DNA of 64,000 bases from Caecitellus pseudoparvulus (Eukaryota > Protista > Bigyra: Bicosoecida), in NCBI GenBank assembly GCA_965644315.1, contig CBFFRQ010000020.1:256534-320533 (forward strand). The letters are read 5' to 3'. The position numbers and the translations under genes are program-made. The notes beneath the pieces are model-generated. The model was not told the origin of the DNA. It did not search any database and worked only from the letters and a program-made list of their open reading frames with translations. How positions within the stretch are numbered: position 1 is the stretch's first letter; every line of letters starts with the position of its first letter. Below are positions 26,201 to 38,866 of the stretch, in pieces.

Positions 26201-29200
26201 TGTGGCCAGGGGATCCCCCCCACCACCCGCCCTGCCCGCACCGCCGCCAGCAGTCGCGGCAGGGGTGAGCCCACCTCCCGCCACGTCGCTGCGACGAGGA
26301 GGTGGAGGAGGGGTCCGGGGGGGGGCGGGTCCGCGCCAGACAGGTGCAGGAGCCAGGTGGCCAGAGTACTAGGGGGCAGCCCTGCGAAGGTGATGGGGGG
26401 CAGGGGCCCCTCTGCCTCGCACACCAGGCGCGTCAACCAGGGGGGGGGGGTGCACTGCCCCCCCACGCACGCCCACGGCAAGCCTGCCTGCCCCAGGTGC
26501 CCCGCCGCCGCCCCCGCCGCCGCCGCCGCCGCCACCACTGCCGCCACTGCCGGCACCCCCAGCACCGTGGCCGTCTGCTGTGCCGTGGAGGGGGGTGCGC
26601 CCAGCCCGCTCGCCAGTGCGGAAATTGCCGCCGGCGAAACCAGCCCCGCCCGCGCCGCCACGCACGCCGCACGGAGGAACGCCGCCGTGGCGGGGGGCAG
26701 GGGGCCCCCGGGGGGCTGTCCCTCCGCCAGCAGGCTCGCCACGGCGGCGGCATCTGTGGCCAGGGCGGCACACAGGAGCAGGGCTTGGGGGGCAGAGGGC
26801 GGCAGAGCGGCGAGGGAGGCGGCGAGGCGGGCCAGGGGGGGTGGTGAGGGGGGGGCGGGGTCCCCTCTGCCAGGGGGCGCAGGGCCACGTCCCAGGTCCA
26901 CGGGTGCAGGAGGGGGGCGGGGTCCCCCCCCTCCTGCTCATCCGCTGCCTCCCCCCCGGCGCATCCTTCGCAGCCTGCAGCGCTGCCAGCAGCTGCGCCA
27001 AGGCCTGCCCCGCCTCCCACAGGGGGGGGGGGATGGGGGGGGTGACCCCCCTCATCCACCCCCCCACCACCTCCCCCACTGGCGGCGCCAGGGCCAGGAG
27101 GGCCTGTGCGTCCCCTGGGGGGGGGGGTCCCCCGCCCCCGGGCAAGGAGGGGGTGCGCTTCAGGGGGGGGGGTCGGCTGCCTGGTCCCCCCCCCTCCGCC
27201 GCCGCCGCCGCCGCCACTGCCGCTTCCAGCGCCGGCGCCAGGCTGTGCGGCAGCGGTGGGCCCATGCCCCGGCACAGCGCCACTGCCGACAGGGGCAGTG
27301 CGGGGATGAGGTGCGCCGCGCAGAGGAGGGGGGATGCCGCCCCCAGTGCGGATGCGAGGGCGGACGCGGCCCCCTGGCCCAAGGCCAGTGCCAGCCCCAG
27401 GGGGGCAGTGTGGGGGGGGGCGTCACCCCCTAGGTACGGCGCCAGACCCAGGCCCGCCCGCAGAGCCGTGGTGTAGGTGAGGGTGGCGGAGGAGGAGGAG
27501 GAGGAGGTGGGCGCGCCCAGGGTGGAGGGGGGGCGGGGGGTGGCGGTGGCCCCCCCTCCCCCGGCCCCCCGCCCCCGCACTGGCCCTGCGTGCCCGCCGG
27601 CGTTTCACCAGCATGCCTCCCGCGCGGGGGCGTTTCGCCCGCGCGGGGGCGGGGGCGGGGTGGGGTGTCGAGGAGGGGGCGACGCCGCCGCCCCCCTCAC
27701 TGCCCACGCTGCTGACACTGTTGGAGCGGGGTCGCTTCGTGCCGCCGCCGCTGGCGCCTGGACTGTGCTGGCGCGAGAGGGGGGGTGGCGCGGCTCCGGC
27801 ACTGTCCTTGGCACTGGCAGTGGGTGTGCCGCCGCTACCGCCGCCAGCGGTGGACCCCCCCACCGCCACCCCCGCCACCAAGTGTGCCGCCAGCGCCACC
27901 GCCCGCACCCCCGCCACTGCCGCCCTTCCCTCCACAGTGCCAGAGGTGCCCACTCGGTGCCCGCTAGCTTGCACCTGCATGTGGTACTGCAACTCCAATG
28001 ACATGCCACTGCCGCCGCCGCCGCTGGTGCTGCTGCTGGTGCTGGTGCTGGTGGGGGGGCCCCCCACCACATGGCTCGTGCTCACGAACACCCCCAGCGC
28101 ATCCTGCAACGCAGCAGCGCTGGTCAGCGGCGGCTGTGGCGTCTGCAGGGCTGCTAGGGGACTGAGTAGCCCCAGCAGCAGAGCGGCAGGGGGGAGGGGG
28201 GTCCACCCCCCCCCCGCTGGACGAGGGGGGGGGGGTGCCTTCGTCGCCGGGGGGGGGGTGTCCCCTGGCGCCCCCGGCTTGCATGCGGCCTTGAGGGCTT
28301 GCAGCAGGTACACCGTGCTGTGTAGGATGCGGGTGACGGTTTGGATGAGGGGGCGAGTCTGGCCCCAGGAGCTGGCGGTGCGGGTGGGGTCCATGCCGCC
28401 GCCGCCGCCGGTGCCCCGGGGGGGTGCCCCCCCCAGCTGCTCTGACAGTTTGTCATGGATGCGGGAGGTGCCGGCAGCGCTGGAGCCGGTTGCACTGCCC
28501 CCGCGGCGGCCGAGGGAGGTGTGACCCCCCCCCTCCACCCCCTGCGTCTGCAGGGCGTTGGCCACCAGGATGGCCTGCCGCATGGCCTGCCCCACCAGAA
28601 ACGCCACGCCGACACATGGGCCCACCCCCGCCGCCGCCGCCACAGAGGCCTGCAACCACGCAAGGGGGGGGGGCGTGTCGGCCGGTGCTCCCCCCCCCCC
28701 TTGCGCTGCCGCCAGGGCCTGGGCGATGTGCGTGACCCGCCCCCCTTGCACCAGCAGTGCGGGGGCCAGGGCCGACACGAGAGGCATGTCCCCCCCCAGA
28801 CCATGCGCCAGCAGTGCCCGCAGGAAGAGCGGCGGCGCGGCGTGTGCCGTGCGCGCCAGGGCAGCAGTAATGCCGCCGCGCCTATCCATGCGCACTCGCA
28901 CCGCCAGCAGAGCCAGCAGGGGGCCCAGGGTGGGGGCGCTGCCATCCAGCTGCGCCATGGCAGCAGGCAGCAGGGGCGGCAGCGCCTCCTCGCACTCAGG
29001 GGCTGCGGCGCCCACCGCCATGGCTGCTGCCTTCAGGGCGCCGTACCACTTGGGCAGGGCGGCGGCGACACCTGGGAGGGCCAGGCACTGCGTCAGGGTG
29101 GACAGGAGGTTGGACACGGCGGCGGGGGAGGGGGGGGCGGACCCCGTGGTGAGGCGGGAGAGGGCACGGTCCACCGCCCCCACTGCGGCAGCACCCAGGA

Positions 29201-29786
29201 CGGGGGGGCCGTCAGGGGGGAAGGCGGGGAGGGGGGGTGGGGCACCCCCCCCTCATCCCCCCTCCGCCCCCCCGCTGCCGCCAGCAACCCCCCCGCCACC
29301 GGCCCGCTCACCGCCGCCGCCTCCTCCGCATCCACCCACACGCGGCTCTGCAGGGCATCCCGCAGAAACGCCCCCGCCACGCCCTCCGGCCAGGTGTTGC
29401 CCTGCGCCAGACTAGCACCCCCCAACCACGCCAACACCGCACAGGCCGCTCGCAGGAGGGCGGGGGGGGGCGGCGCCGCCTCGCTCCCCGACTCCAACAG
29501 CCCGATGCAAGCGTCCACAGCCCCCGTGTCCAGGAGTTCCTGCGAGGAGGGGCGTGGAGGTCGTGTGCGCCGCTGCGCCAGCCACAGCCCCGCCGCCGCG
29601 CCGCCTCACCTCCGCGCAGCCCTGTGCGTCGACGGTGAAGGCGTCCAACGCAGCGTCCAGCGCCTGCCCCGGCACATACGCCGACGCAAACGCCTGCAGC
29701 ATGGCAGTCCATTCCTTCAGAGTGCATTCTTCCTGCACCAGTGACTCGGTGTACCGCACCAGGGCGGTGTAGTCCCCGGCGGCCAT
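23261..29786 (-). CDS. Large helical low-complexity protein with Integrator subunit 1-like N-terminal part; fragmented by frameshifts, may be more than one gene
   Basis: Starts MAAGDYTALVRYTESLVQEEC, intron ~29610-29540, then DACIGLL...LLRAACAVLAWL...NTWPEGVAGAFLRDALQSRVWVD, resembling the recalled INTS1 WPE..YIEDSLGERIWVD. Continued by Ala/Leu-rich minus-strand ORFs 27423..29183, 26026..26901, 24848..26284 and 23261..24733. Confidence 0.4.
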
Positions 29787-29958
29787 ACGGGTGGGGGGCG
29801 CTCAAATTCCGCACACCAACCCCACGCTGCCCACGCAACGCGCAGCCCCGCCGCCACGCACAACCGCAGGCACAGCGCGCTCAGCTCCGGGTGCCGGCGT
29901 GGGTCACTGGCATTCACGTGTGTGACTTCGAATTGCCCCCCGCCCCGCGCTGCCGGCC

Positions 29959-31014
29959 TCAGTCGCCGCCCTCCCCCGCCAACCACGCTGCCAGGCGGGG
30001 GCAGCTGTCCAGGCTGCTGTCATTGTCCACCGCCTCGTAGTCCACCCACTGCACATCCCGCCCCTGCAGGAACCGCCGCGTCATGAGCCGCAGCAGCGCG
30101 GCCGCCCTCCCCCCCCCCGGCACCTCCCCCAGCTCCTCATCCACATCGCCGTTCACGCACCCGCCGGCGTCGGGGGGGGGGCGCCCCCCCCACCTCCCCC
30201 GCCCACGGACCCGGCACACGCACACCCATGCCTGTGGCCAGGGGGTCCCCGCCCCCCTCCCCCCTGCCGAGGGGGGGGACACCGCCCCCCCCTCCTCCCC
30301 CAACCACGCCTGCGCAGCCGCCTGGTGGGCCCGCACCTCCCGGGACACCAGCGCTTCCCCCTCCACACGCGCCTCCAGACCAGCCAGCAACACTGACGAC
30401 AGCGTGGGCGGTGACCTGGCGGCGCCCTTGGCAGGGGCCGCCGCGCCGCCCTCCACCGCCGCCGCCAGGTCGGGCGCCCGCGCCGCCATGGCAGACGGCG
30501 AGAAGTACTCCCCTTCCTCCAGCAGCTGCAGCAACTTGGCGGTGCGCCGGCGCCGCACGGTGGTTGCCGCGTCGCGCGGCGCCACCGCAGCAGCTAGCCG
30601 GCCATACTGCGCCGCCACGCCGTCGTCCACCACGGCCGCCGGCGCAAAGAGCGCCAGCTCAGGCGGCGTCAGCTGCCCCCCGTAAATGCTGAGGAACGTG
30701 CCTGGTGCAGACGCTGCCAGGGCCCCTGCCGCAGGGGGGGAGCGGCTGGCGGCGCCGGCGCCCGCAGGGGGCCCATTCAATTTCCGCACCCCCTCCGCCC
30801 GCGCCGCCACCGCCTCCCCCACCGCCGCCAACTGCTCCCCGCTCACCGGCTGTGGCGGCATGTCCACCAGCCAGGGCGGCTGGTCCCGCAACACCCTCCG
30901 GTTCAGCCGGGCTGTCGCGGCGCCCTGCAGCGCTGCAGTCAACGCGGCAGGGGGGGGCGCTTGCCGTGCTGCCCCCCCCGCCACCCCCTCCATGAATGCA
31001 TCCAGCGGGTCCAT
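29959..31014 (-). CDS. CCDC97: CCDC97 (DUF2052)-like protein
   Basis: Motifs PGTFLSIYG, VRRRRTAKLLQLLEEGEYFSPSAMAARAP and MTRRFLQGRDVQWVDYEAVDNDSSLD. A possible short in-frame intron lies near 30200. Confidence 0.8.
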   Translation of the reverse strand: MDPLDAFMEGVAGGAARQAPPPAALTAALQGAATARLNRRVLRDQPPWLVDMPPQPVSGEQLAAVGEAVAARAEGVRKLNGPPAGAGAASRSPPAAGALAASAPGTFLSIYGGQLTPPELALFAPAAVVDDGVAAQYGRLAAAVAPRDAATTVRRRRTAKLLQLLEEGEYFSPSAMAARAPDLAAAVEGGAAAPAKGAARSPPTLSSVLLAGLEARVEGEALVSREVRAHQAAAQAWLGEEGGAVSPPSAGGRGAGTPWPQAWVCVCRVRGRGRWGGRPPPDAGGCVNGDVDEELGEVPGGGRAAALLRLMTRRFLQGRDVQWVDYEAVDNDSSLDSCPRLAAWLAGEGGD

Positions 31015-31121
31015 ACCCCCCCCCCTCCACGGTCCTGCAGCGCGGGGGTGGTTGGTGGCGGGGTCAGGCGGGGTCACTGCATTTGGCCCGGGGCGGCGGC
31101 GGCCACGGCGAAGGGGGGGGG

Positions 31122-34100
31122 TCACAGGCGGGCGGAGGTGGAGCCCCCCTGGAGCCCCCCCCCCCCCTGGAGCCCCCCCCGCATGCGGGGGCGCAGCCGG
31201 GCGGAGGACACCATGATGTCCCCCTCGCCGACCTCAGGTCGTGCGTGGGGTGCTCGGGGGTGGCGGGTGGCGGCGCCCCCCCCCTCCCCCACCGCCGCAT
31301 GCACCGCCGCCGCAAAGTCTGCATGCCAGGCCTGGATGGCAGGGGGCCGGGGGGCCAGGGAGCCCCCCCCCTCCCCTGCCCAGCTGTCCCCCGTCTCGGG
31401 GCGGCCCCTCATCCCCCCCTCCTCCTCCTCCTCCTCCCCCCGGGCGTGGCGGGAGGGGCCCCCCCCCAAGCTGTCCGCAAACACCCCCCTCCCCGCCCGT
31501 GACAGGAGCGACGCGTCAGCACCCCCTGCCCAGGGGGCATCGGGGGGGGGTGGCGCTGCACCACCTGGCTCCCGGGGCACACGCTGCCCAATCACGGCGG
31601 TAGGGGCGGCGGCGGCGGCAGCAGCTTGGCCCATGGTGGCGCCACCCCCCCGTCGGGAGGCGGCGGTCACTGGGCCCATGGATGTCGCCGACCGCCGCAG
31701 GGTGCGGCCACCCCCCCGCAAGGAGTAGGTGGAGCCGCCCCCCCCCGCGGCCCGCCCCAAGCGGGAGGGGGGGTCTCCCTCAGAGGAGGGGGGGGGCGCT
31801 ACCATAGCTGGCACGCGGCGCCCAGGCCCGCCACCCCCCCCTGCCGCCAACCAGCCCCCCCACCCTCCGCCGCGTCGAATGCGGGTGCGCGGGTGGTGGA
31901 CCCCCCTCATCCACCCCCCTGCCCCCCGCCCGCAGATCCTGCAGCGTCGGCAGGGACAGCTTGCGCCCTAGGATGCCAGGCAGGGGGCCCCTGCCCCCTG
32001 CTCTTTGCACCCCCCCTCCCCAAGCACCCGACCCCGCCCCCGGCGCCAGCGTCTGGGTGCGGGTGGGCACTGCCGCCGCCCGTCCGGGGCGTCGGAAGGA
32101 ACCCGCGAAGCCCCCCCCTGGGGGAGGTGGACCCCCCTCCACCTGCTCTGCACCCCCCACCCGTCGCAGGGGGTGTCTCCCCCCCCTGCCCCCCCCTCGT
32201 ACAGCAACTGCCGCTGGCGCCGCCCCACCTCCTCCGCCAGCAGTGGACCCGACACCGTCGTGCGCAGACCCAAGCCGCCTGGCAGCTCCCGCGACGCGTA
32301 CGCTGTCTGGTACAGCGTCACGGCGGCGTGGTTGTAGAAGGGGTTCCAAGGGGTGCTGGGGGGGGGGCCGCCCGCCGATGCCGGCGGCCCAGACATGCCG
32401 TGGGGGGGGTACGCCGCCCCCCCTGCCCCCCCTCCACGGCCCACCATGGCCAGTGTACCAGGGGACACCGGTCCCCCCCCCCGCCCCGCCGTCGCAGCAG
32501 CAATGGCCCGTGCCCAATCCTCCTCACTGGCGCTCTGCATGTACCAGGGGGGGGGCAGCCCCGCTGCACCTGCGATGGCAGCGGCGGTGGCGGTGAGGTA
32601 CGCGGGGTGACCCGGCCCCCCCCCGCCCGCTCCCGCTGCTGTGCGCAGGAGCGATGAAGGATCGTACGCCCCCCGCCCCCACCCCGGCGCCAGGGTGTAC
32701 GCGGGGGGGGGGCGCCTCCTCATCCTCCCCCCTCCCGCCATCCACACACCCCCTGCGCCGGCGTGGCTGCCACCGCCCCCCCGTGCAGCGGCCGCCCGCG
32801 CCCCCCCCCACAAACTGCCAGGGGGGGGTGGCGCGCCCCCTCCGCCACCCGCCACAGCACTCGCCCCCCACCACCCTGCAGCAGCAGCAGCAGCGGCGGA
32901 TGCGGACGCGGCGGGTGATGCGGACGCCCCCCCTGAAGTGCTTGGGGTACCGGCCCCGGGGGGGGGTGGCACGGCGCTGCCAGGCACTGCCCAGGAAGCG
33001 GGGGGACCCCCCACCCCCCCTCCCCCCTCTGTCGGAGGGGGCCCTGCCCACGTGACACCCCCACCCCCCTCCACCCCCTCCCCGCACCCATGGCGCCAAG
33101 TGCACCAGTGTCCCCACCGCCGCCAACAGACGGTGCGAGGCTTCCCGCACCCGCCGCCGCACCCGCCCAGCCGCCGCCGCCGCCAACGCAGCAACAAGAG
33201 CCTTGGCGGCAGCCGCCTTGGGGTGTGCTGTCCGCCCCCCCTCATCCCCCCCCCTCAACGCAGCGGCCAGTCGACGCCACTTGGCACGGGCCGCCGCCGC
33301 CAGCGCGCCCTGCCACTGAGCCGTGGCGGCGGCGAGATTGAGCACGAGCCAGGGCACGGTGGGGGGGGCGAGGGGGGGGGCGGGACCCCCCTCGCGCCCC
33401 GGCTTGGGCCGTGCACTGGGGGCATAGGGCAGGGCGCCCCCCCCCCCGAACACCTGCACCAACGCACTGGACAGGCGGGTGAAGAGACTGGCCTCCCGCA
33501 GAGCCGCAGCGCCAGGGGCAGTGCCCCCCGCCACACAGGCCAGCCAGGAATGGCGGGCGGACACGGGTCCGTGCAGGGCGGCGCCGGCATCCCCCCCCCC
33601 CTCCTCCAGCGCCCCCGTCACCGCCGCATGCTGCGCCAGCACCGCAGTGGCGTACGCGCCCAGCGCCCGCTGCAGCCACGGCGGCTGCTGCCGCAGGGTC
33701 CGGGCGATGTCGGCGGCATCCGCTGCAGCCAGGGCGGCGGCGGCATCCCCCTCTGCTCTGGCGTACGCCGACAGGGCTGTTGCCATCACCACGCCCTTCA
33801 TGTGGCGCTCCGAGGAGGAGGGGGGGGGGACACCGCCCCCCCCCTCGCCCAGGCGCCACCGCTGCGAGGAGGGGGGGCGGGTGGGGGCACCCCCCCTATC
33901 CCCCCCTCGACTGGCGGCACGGTCCCCCGCCCCCGCCACGGCGCCATATGCCGCCGTGGCCTTGCCCAGCGTCACCAGCGCCTCCGCCGCCACACCCGCC
34001 TCCTGCCCCCCCAGGCTCCAGGACCCCGCCCCCATGAACGCCACCACCACCTCCTCCAACACCCGCACCCGCGCCAGAGTGCTGGACACCACCGCCGCAG

Positions 34101-36212
34101 ACTGGGCAATGGCAGCAGCAGCAGCAGCGGCGGTGTCCCCCCCCGCACCCGCCCCACTCGCAGACACATCCCGCGGCCAGGGCTGGGCAGTGCTGCCGCG
34201 AGAGGTGGAGGCGGAGGAGGGGGGACGGGTGGACCCGCCCCCTCCTCCTCCTCCCAGCGGGAAGGACCCCGTCGTGGCAGCGCCCAGCGGCATGCCGGAG
34301 TGCCGGAACCGCGGCGCCGCCTCCCCCCGCACATCCCCTGCCAGCTTGCCGTAGTCGGTGCTGGGGGGGCGCCGGCCCAGCGGCGTACTGGCGCGACTGC
34401 TCTCGGTCACGTGGTACTTCCACCGCGCCACCTCCCGCTTCAGACGCAGCACCGTCTCAGCCAAGTCTTCACGGGTGGGCCCACCCCCACCCGTGGAGGG
34501 GGAGGAGGAGGGGGTGGGGGACCCCCCCCCCCTCACGTTCAACTCCGCCATGATGGCTGCCAGGGCCGCCTCCTCCTCCTCCTCGCCACCGCCCTCCCCC
34601 GCCACTGCCAGCACTGGCCCAGACACGGCCGTCTGGGTGCCGGCGCTGGATGAGGCGGGGGCGGGGGCAGGGGCCTCCCACCAGGCACTGCCCCCCACCC
34701 CCAGCGCCGAGCCGTCAGCAGCATAGGCGCGTCGGCGGGGGGAGACGGAGGTGGAGGGGAGGGGGGGTCGACCCCCCCTCGCAGGGGGCGGCACCACCTG
34801 CACCCCCACACTGCGCATGGTGACAGCCCAGGACTGCACAGAGCGCAGGGGGGGGGCGGGCGCACCCACCCGCCCCCCTCCCCCACTGCCAGTGCTGGCA
34901 CCCCCCCTGCACCCCCCTCCTCGTCCTCCACACTGGACAACTGCCCCGTCCAGGTGCTGCCAGTGGCGGTGCGGGGGGGGGGCGGGGCCCCCCCCTCCTC
35001 CCCTCCAGCAGCCCCCCTGCACCCCCCTCCCCCCGGCACACTACGCACCACCACATGGGGCACCTCCACCTGCACATCCCCCCCCGCGGCGCCCCACTCT
35101 GGCGCAGTGGGGGAGGCCACCACCCGCACCCCCCGCGGCGTCACCCGCCCATCCAGGCTGGCGGTGTCTCCCCCCCCACTGTCTGGGCGCAGGGTGAGGG
35201 AGGGGGAGGCGCCCCGGGCAGGGGGCTGCGGCGAGGGGGCGGTGTCCCCCCCCCCCCCTCTCGCCCTGGGGCTGTCTGCCAGCAGCTCCGCTTGGGGCCC
35301 CGCATACCCCTCCAGCACAGACAGGGCAGCGGAGACGGCGTCAGCAGCAGCGCTGGCACCCCCCTCCGAAGCCGTGTCAGGGGGGGCCGACCCCCCCTCG
35401 GAGGACTCGGCACCCCCCCCCCTCCTCCATGTGCACCCCCCCCCCGCCCACCGCCATGCCCTGCAGCCGCTGCCGTGCCGTCTCCACCGCCGCCACCGCC
35501 GCCCGCAGCTCGCGCTTCAACGTGGCGTTCTTGCCCACCAACTGCCCCACCTCCTCCCCCAGCCGCGCCACCTTGCGCTCCAGCATGGCCGAGTACGCCT
35601 CCTCGTCCCGCAGCTGCGCCGTCAGCGCATGCACCGCCCGCATCTCCCGACTCTCCTCCACGCTGCGCACGGAGCGGGCGGACTCAGAGGTGCCGGGGCG
35701 GGCAGGAGCTGGGGCAGGGGTGGACCCGGGGGTGGACAGGGGGGGGCCGCCGCCGCCACGCCGCCCTGCCCCGGACCCTGCTGGGGCAGGGGCAGGGGCA
35801 GGGGCGTCCTCCGCCCCCCCTTGCAGAAACGCCCAGGGACCCCGCCCCGCCGAGTGGCTGGTGGAGGCGCCCTCGCGGCCACTGGATGAGGTGGGACTGC
35901 CCCCCCCCCTGCCACTGCCACTGGGGCGGTAGGAGGAGGAGGAGGTGCCGGGGCGGGAGGGAGGGGGTGACCCCCCCTCCCGTGGCGATGGCTGTGAAGG
36001 GGGGGTGGACCCCCCACCCCCCGACCCGAGGGGGGGGGGCTTGCCTCCCGCCCCCCCCCCTCGGCGCCGGTCTGACCGCATGAGGGGGCGACCTGACCTG
36101 CGCCCCTGCGACCCCCCTGCCCCCCCTGCGACCCCCCCCTCCGCTGGCGCCCGTGATGTCCACAGCTGACACTCGGCTGGTGGGCGTGCTGCTGCCACCG
36201 TCACTGTCCGCT

Positions 36213-36245
<33 letters not shown>

Positions 36246-38436
36246 TCGCCCAGGGCCGACTCCGCCGTCTGCACTGCCACTGGCGCAAACACTTGCGCCT
36301 CCCGTAGCGCCCGCGTCGCCTTCAGCCGCCGCACAGTGTTCTGCAGCTCCCGGATGGACCCCTGCGCCTCGTACAGCTGGGCCTGCAGAGACTCCACCTC
36401 CCCCACCGCCTCCGCCAAGGCTTCCTCAGCACCCCCCTCCTCCCCCAGCGTGCCGCCGCTGGAGCCGTGGACACCGCCCCCCCCCAGGAACCCCAGGCCG
36501 GGGCCAGCGGGGGCGGGGGCAGGGGCGGTGCCCCCCCCTGCCTTGCGCGACAGACCCCCCCCCGGGCCGTGCGGCGACGGGTGCCCCGCAGCGTGACCCC
36601 CCCACACTGACCCCCCCTCCCCCTGTGGACCGCCTGCAGAGACCCCCGACGCCACTGACGCGGAGTCGTCGCCACCCCCCCCACCCCCTCCCCCGACAAC
36701 TCCACCGCCCGGTACGCATCCTGCACTGCACTGCGCAGGTCCGCATCCATCAGCAGCTCCACCACCGCCCCTGCAGCGGACCGCCAGTGCGCCTTGCCCC
36801 CCCGCACAGCGGACCTCAGGGCGGTGCGCTGGGCACGCCCCCACGCTGTGGCGCCGGGGCCCCACCAGGGCTTGGAGGACCCCCCCCCATCCCCCCCTGA
36901 CGAGGGGCCGGCGAAGGCCCCCCCCACCCCCCCATCAACCCCCCCGTCAATGACACGTGGCCGGGCGTACCCCCCCCCGCCGGGAGCCGCCACCCCCCCC
37001 CCCCTTCAGCCCCCCCCCACCTCCAACTCCGCCAGCAACGCTTCATTCTCCGCCTGTGCCGCCGCCAGCGCCTCTTGCGCCTCCACCAGCTCCACCCGCA
37101 AGTCCGCCACCTCCCCCGCCTGCCCGCTCACACTGGCCCGCAACGCAGCAGCCTTCTCCCGCAGCTCCACCACCTGCTTGTACCGTGTGTTGGCCTCCGC
37201 CGCCAGGCGGGAGATGGCAGCGTGGGCTTCATCCAGGTCCCCCCGCAGGCGGTCCGCCTCCTCCTCCGCCTCCCGCAGCGCCGTCGCAGCGGCCGTCTCG
37301 CTGGCGTCGCTCAGCTTGGCGGTGCTGGCTGCGATGCGGGCGGCCAGGTTGCTGACGTTGCCGGAGATGCTGTCTTCCAGTCGGGACAGGGCGGCGAGAC
37401 TGCGCCGCGCCTCGGCCAGGGCGTCACGGCGGGGGGCGGGGGGGGACCCGGGTCCCCCCCGCCCCCGCCCCCGGCCCCCGGGGGGCTGGACGCGGACAGG
37501 CGCAGGAGGGTGCTGTTGCGCCCGCCCCCCGCTGTGTGTGCGACAGCACGGTCGGACCCCGCCCCGCCCCCCGCCTCCGCCTCCTCCTCCAACGGCTCCA
37601 GCACCCCCGCGGCCAGCAGTGCCTCCGCCGCCGCCATGCGAGCAGCCTTCACCTCCTCCCCCAGCTGCAAGAGGTTCTTGTAGAACAGCTTGCGTTCCTC
37701 GTTGAACAGCGCCACGGTGCGGTGCAGGGTGGCGGCAGAGGTGGAGGCGGCGCCCTCCGCCGCCTCCATGCGCTTGGTGCTCTCCTCGGCCCGCGCCAGG
37801 CTGCCCTGCACGGCGCGTTTCAGCTCCTTCTTGAACGACCCCAGCATCATGCGGTAGAAACCCGCCTCACGCTGCCGCACGAGGGTCATGATGATGCCGT
37901 GGAAAAAGGCGTCCCGGTCTTCCTCTGTCCCCGTCAACGCCTGCGCAGAGAGGAGGGCAGGGGGGGGGGAGAGTGACACGCCGTGCATCCGGCGGCTGAA
38001 GTGGTCGCACGCGACGAGGGGCTCCCACAGCCCCCTCCCGCCCGGCGCCCGCCACGCACCAAGTCGATGAACTTGTCCTTGGCCTCGTCAATGGCTGCTT
38101 GAAAGGTGGAGTCCTGCGCCTCCAGCTCCTTGGCGCTGGCCCGCCGTGCCGAGTCCAGCGCCATCTGCGCCGCACGCGACGCGTCAACGGGTGCGCACGC
38201 ACAGCGGGGTGCGCCGCGCCCCACAGCCCACGCACCGTGGCTGTGATGAAGGTCTCGTCAAAGGCGCTGCCGCCAGGCTCCACGGCGCGCAGTGGCTCCT
38301 CACCCCGCACCACCATGCGAGCAATGGCGGCGGCAGAGGCAGAGGCGGCCAGGCCCCCCTCCCCCTGCCGCCCGGGGGGGGGCCTGCCGCTGCCGCTGCC
38401 GCCCTCGCCACCGCTGCTGATGGCGGCGCTGAGCAT
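31122..38436 (-). CDS. Hypothetical large coiled-coil/low-complexity protein(s), multi-exon, frameshift-riddled
   Basis: 5' exons at ~38436-38237, ~38165-38060 and from ~37940 give heptad-rich segments (KELEAQDSTFQAAIDEAKDKF, SFKKELKRAVQGSLARAEESTKRME). Further coiled-coil pieces at ~37050-37400, 36290-36430, 35460-35660 and 34400-34470. Gene number and 3' end are uncertain. Confidence 0.4.
36213..36245. repeat. (GCC)11 microsatellite, poly-Ala on the minus strand
   Basis: Read directly from the sequence. Confidence 0.9.
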
Positions 38437-38866
38437 GGTGTGGGCGAGGTGCGCCCCTCAGAACCGGCACTCTGGCCGTGCCAGCGAGCGGGGTCAGAGT
38501 GCACCCCCTGCGACCACACCTCGCAGAGGGACACGAGTGTTGTGTGCTGTGACGAGACACGCCTGCACTCGGGCGTGTCGTGGTTTCGTGTCGCATGGAC
38601 GTGTTTGGCATGCGCGTGGCGCTGCAAAGCGAGGGGGGGTGGCAGGGGGGTGCACTGGGCATCGCTCGTCCCTCCGTCAAATACCGCACACACACCCACG
38701 CGCGCACGCCACCCCGCGCCACCCCTCCCACATTCCACTCCCCTCCACCCCCCCCCTTGCCCCTGCCCCAGTCCCGTGCTTCGCACACAGTGCTCAGAGC
38801 CCACGTGCCGCCCCGGCTGCCCGTGTCGCACCAGCAGCCTCAGCGAAGCGCCAGGCGCCCAGCACC

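Noticed and set aside
23322-27433. Long Arg/Gly/Pro ORFs in several frames (930, 817, 509 aa)
   Set aside because: Expected from stop-codon scarcity at very high GC; no recognisable motifs.
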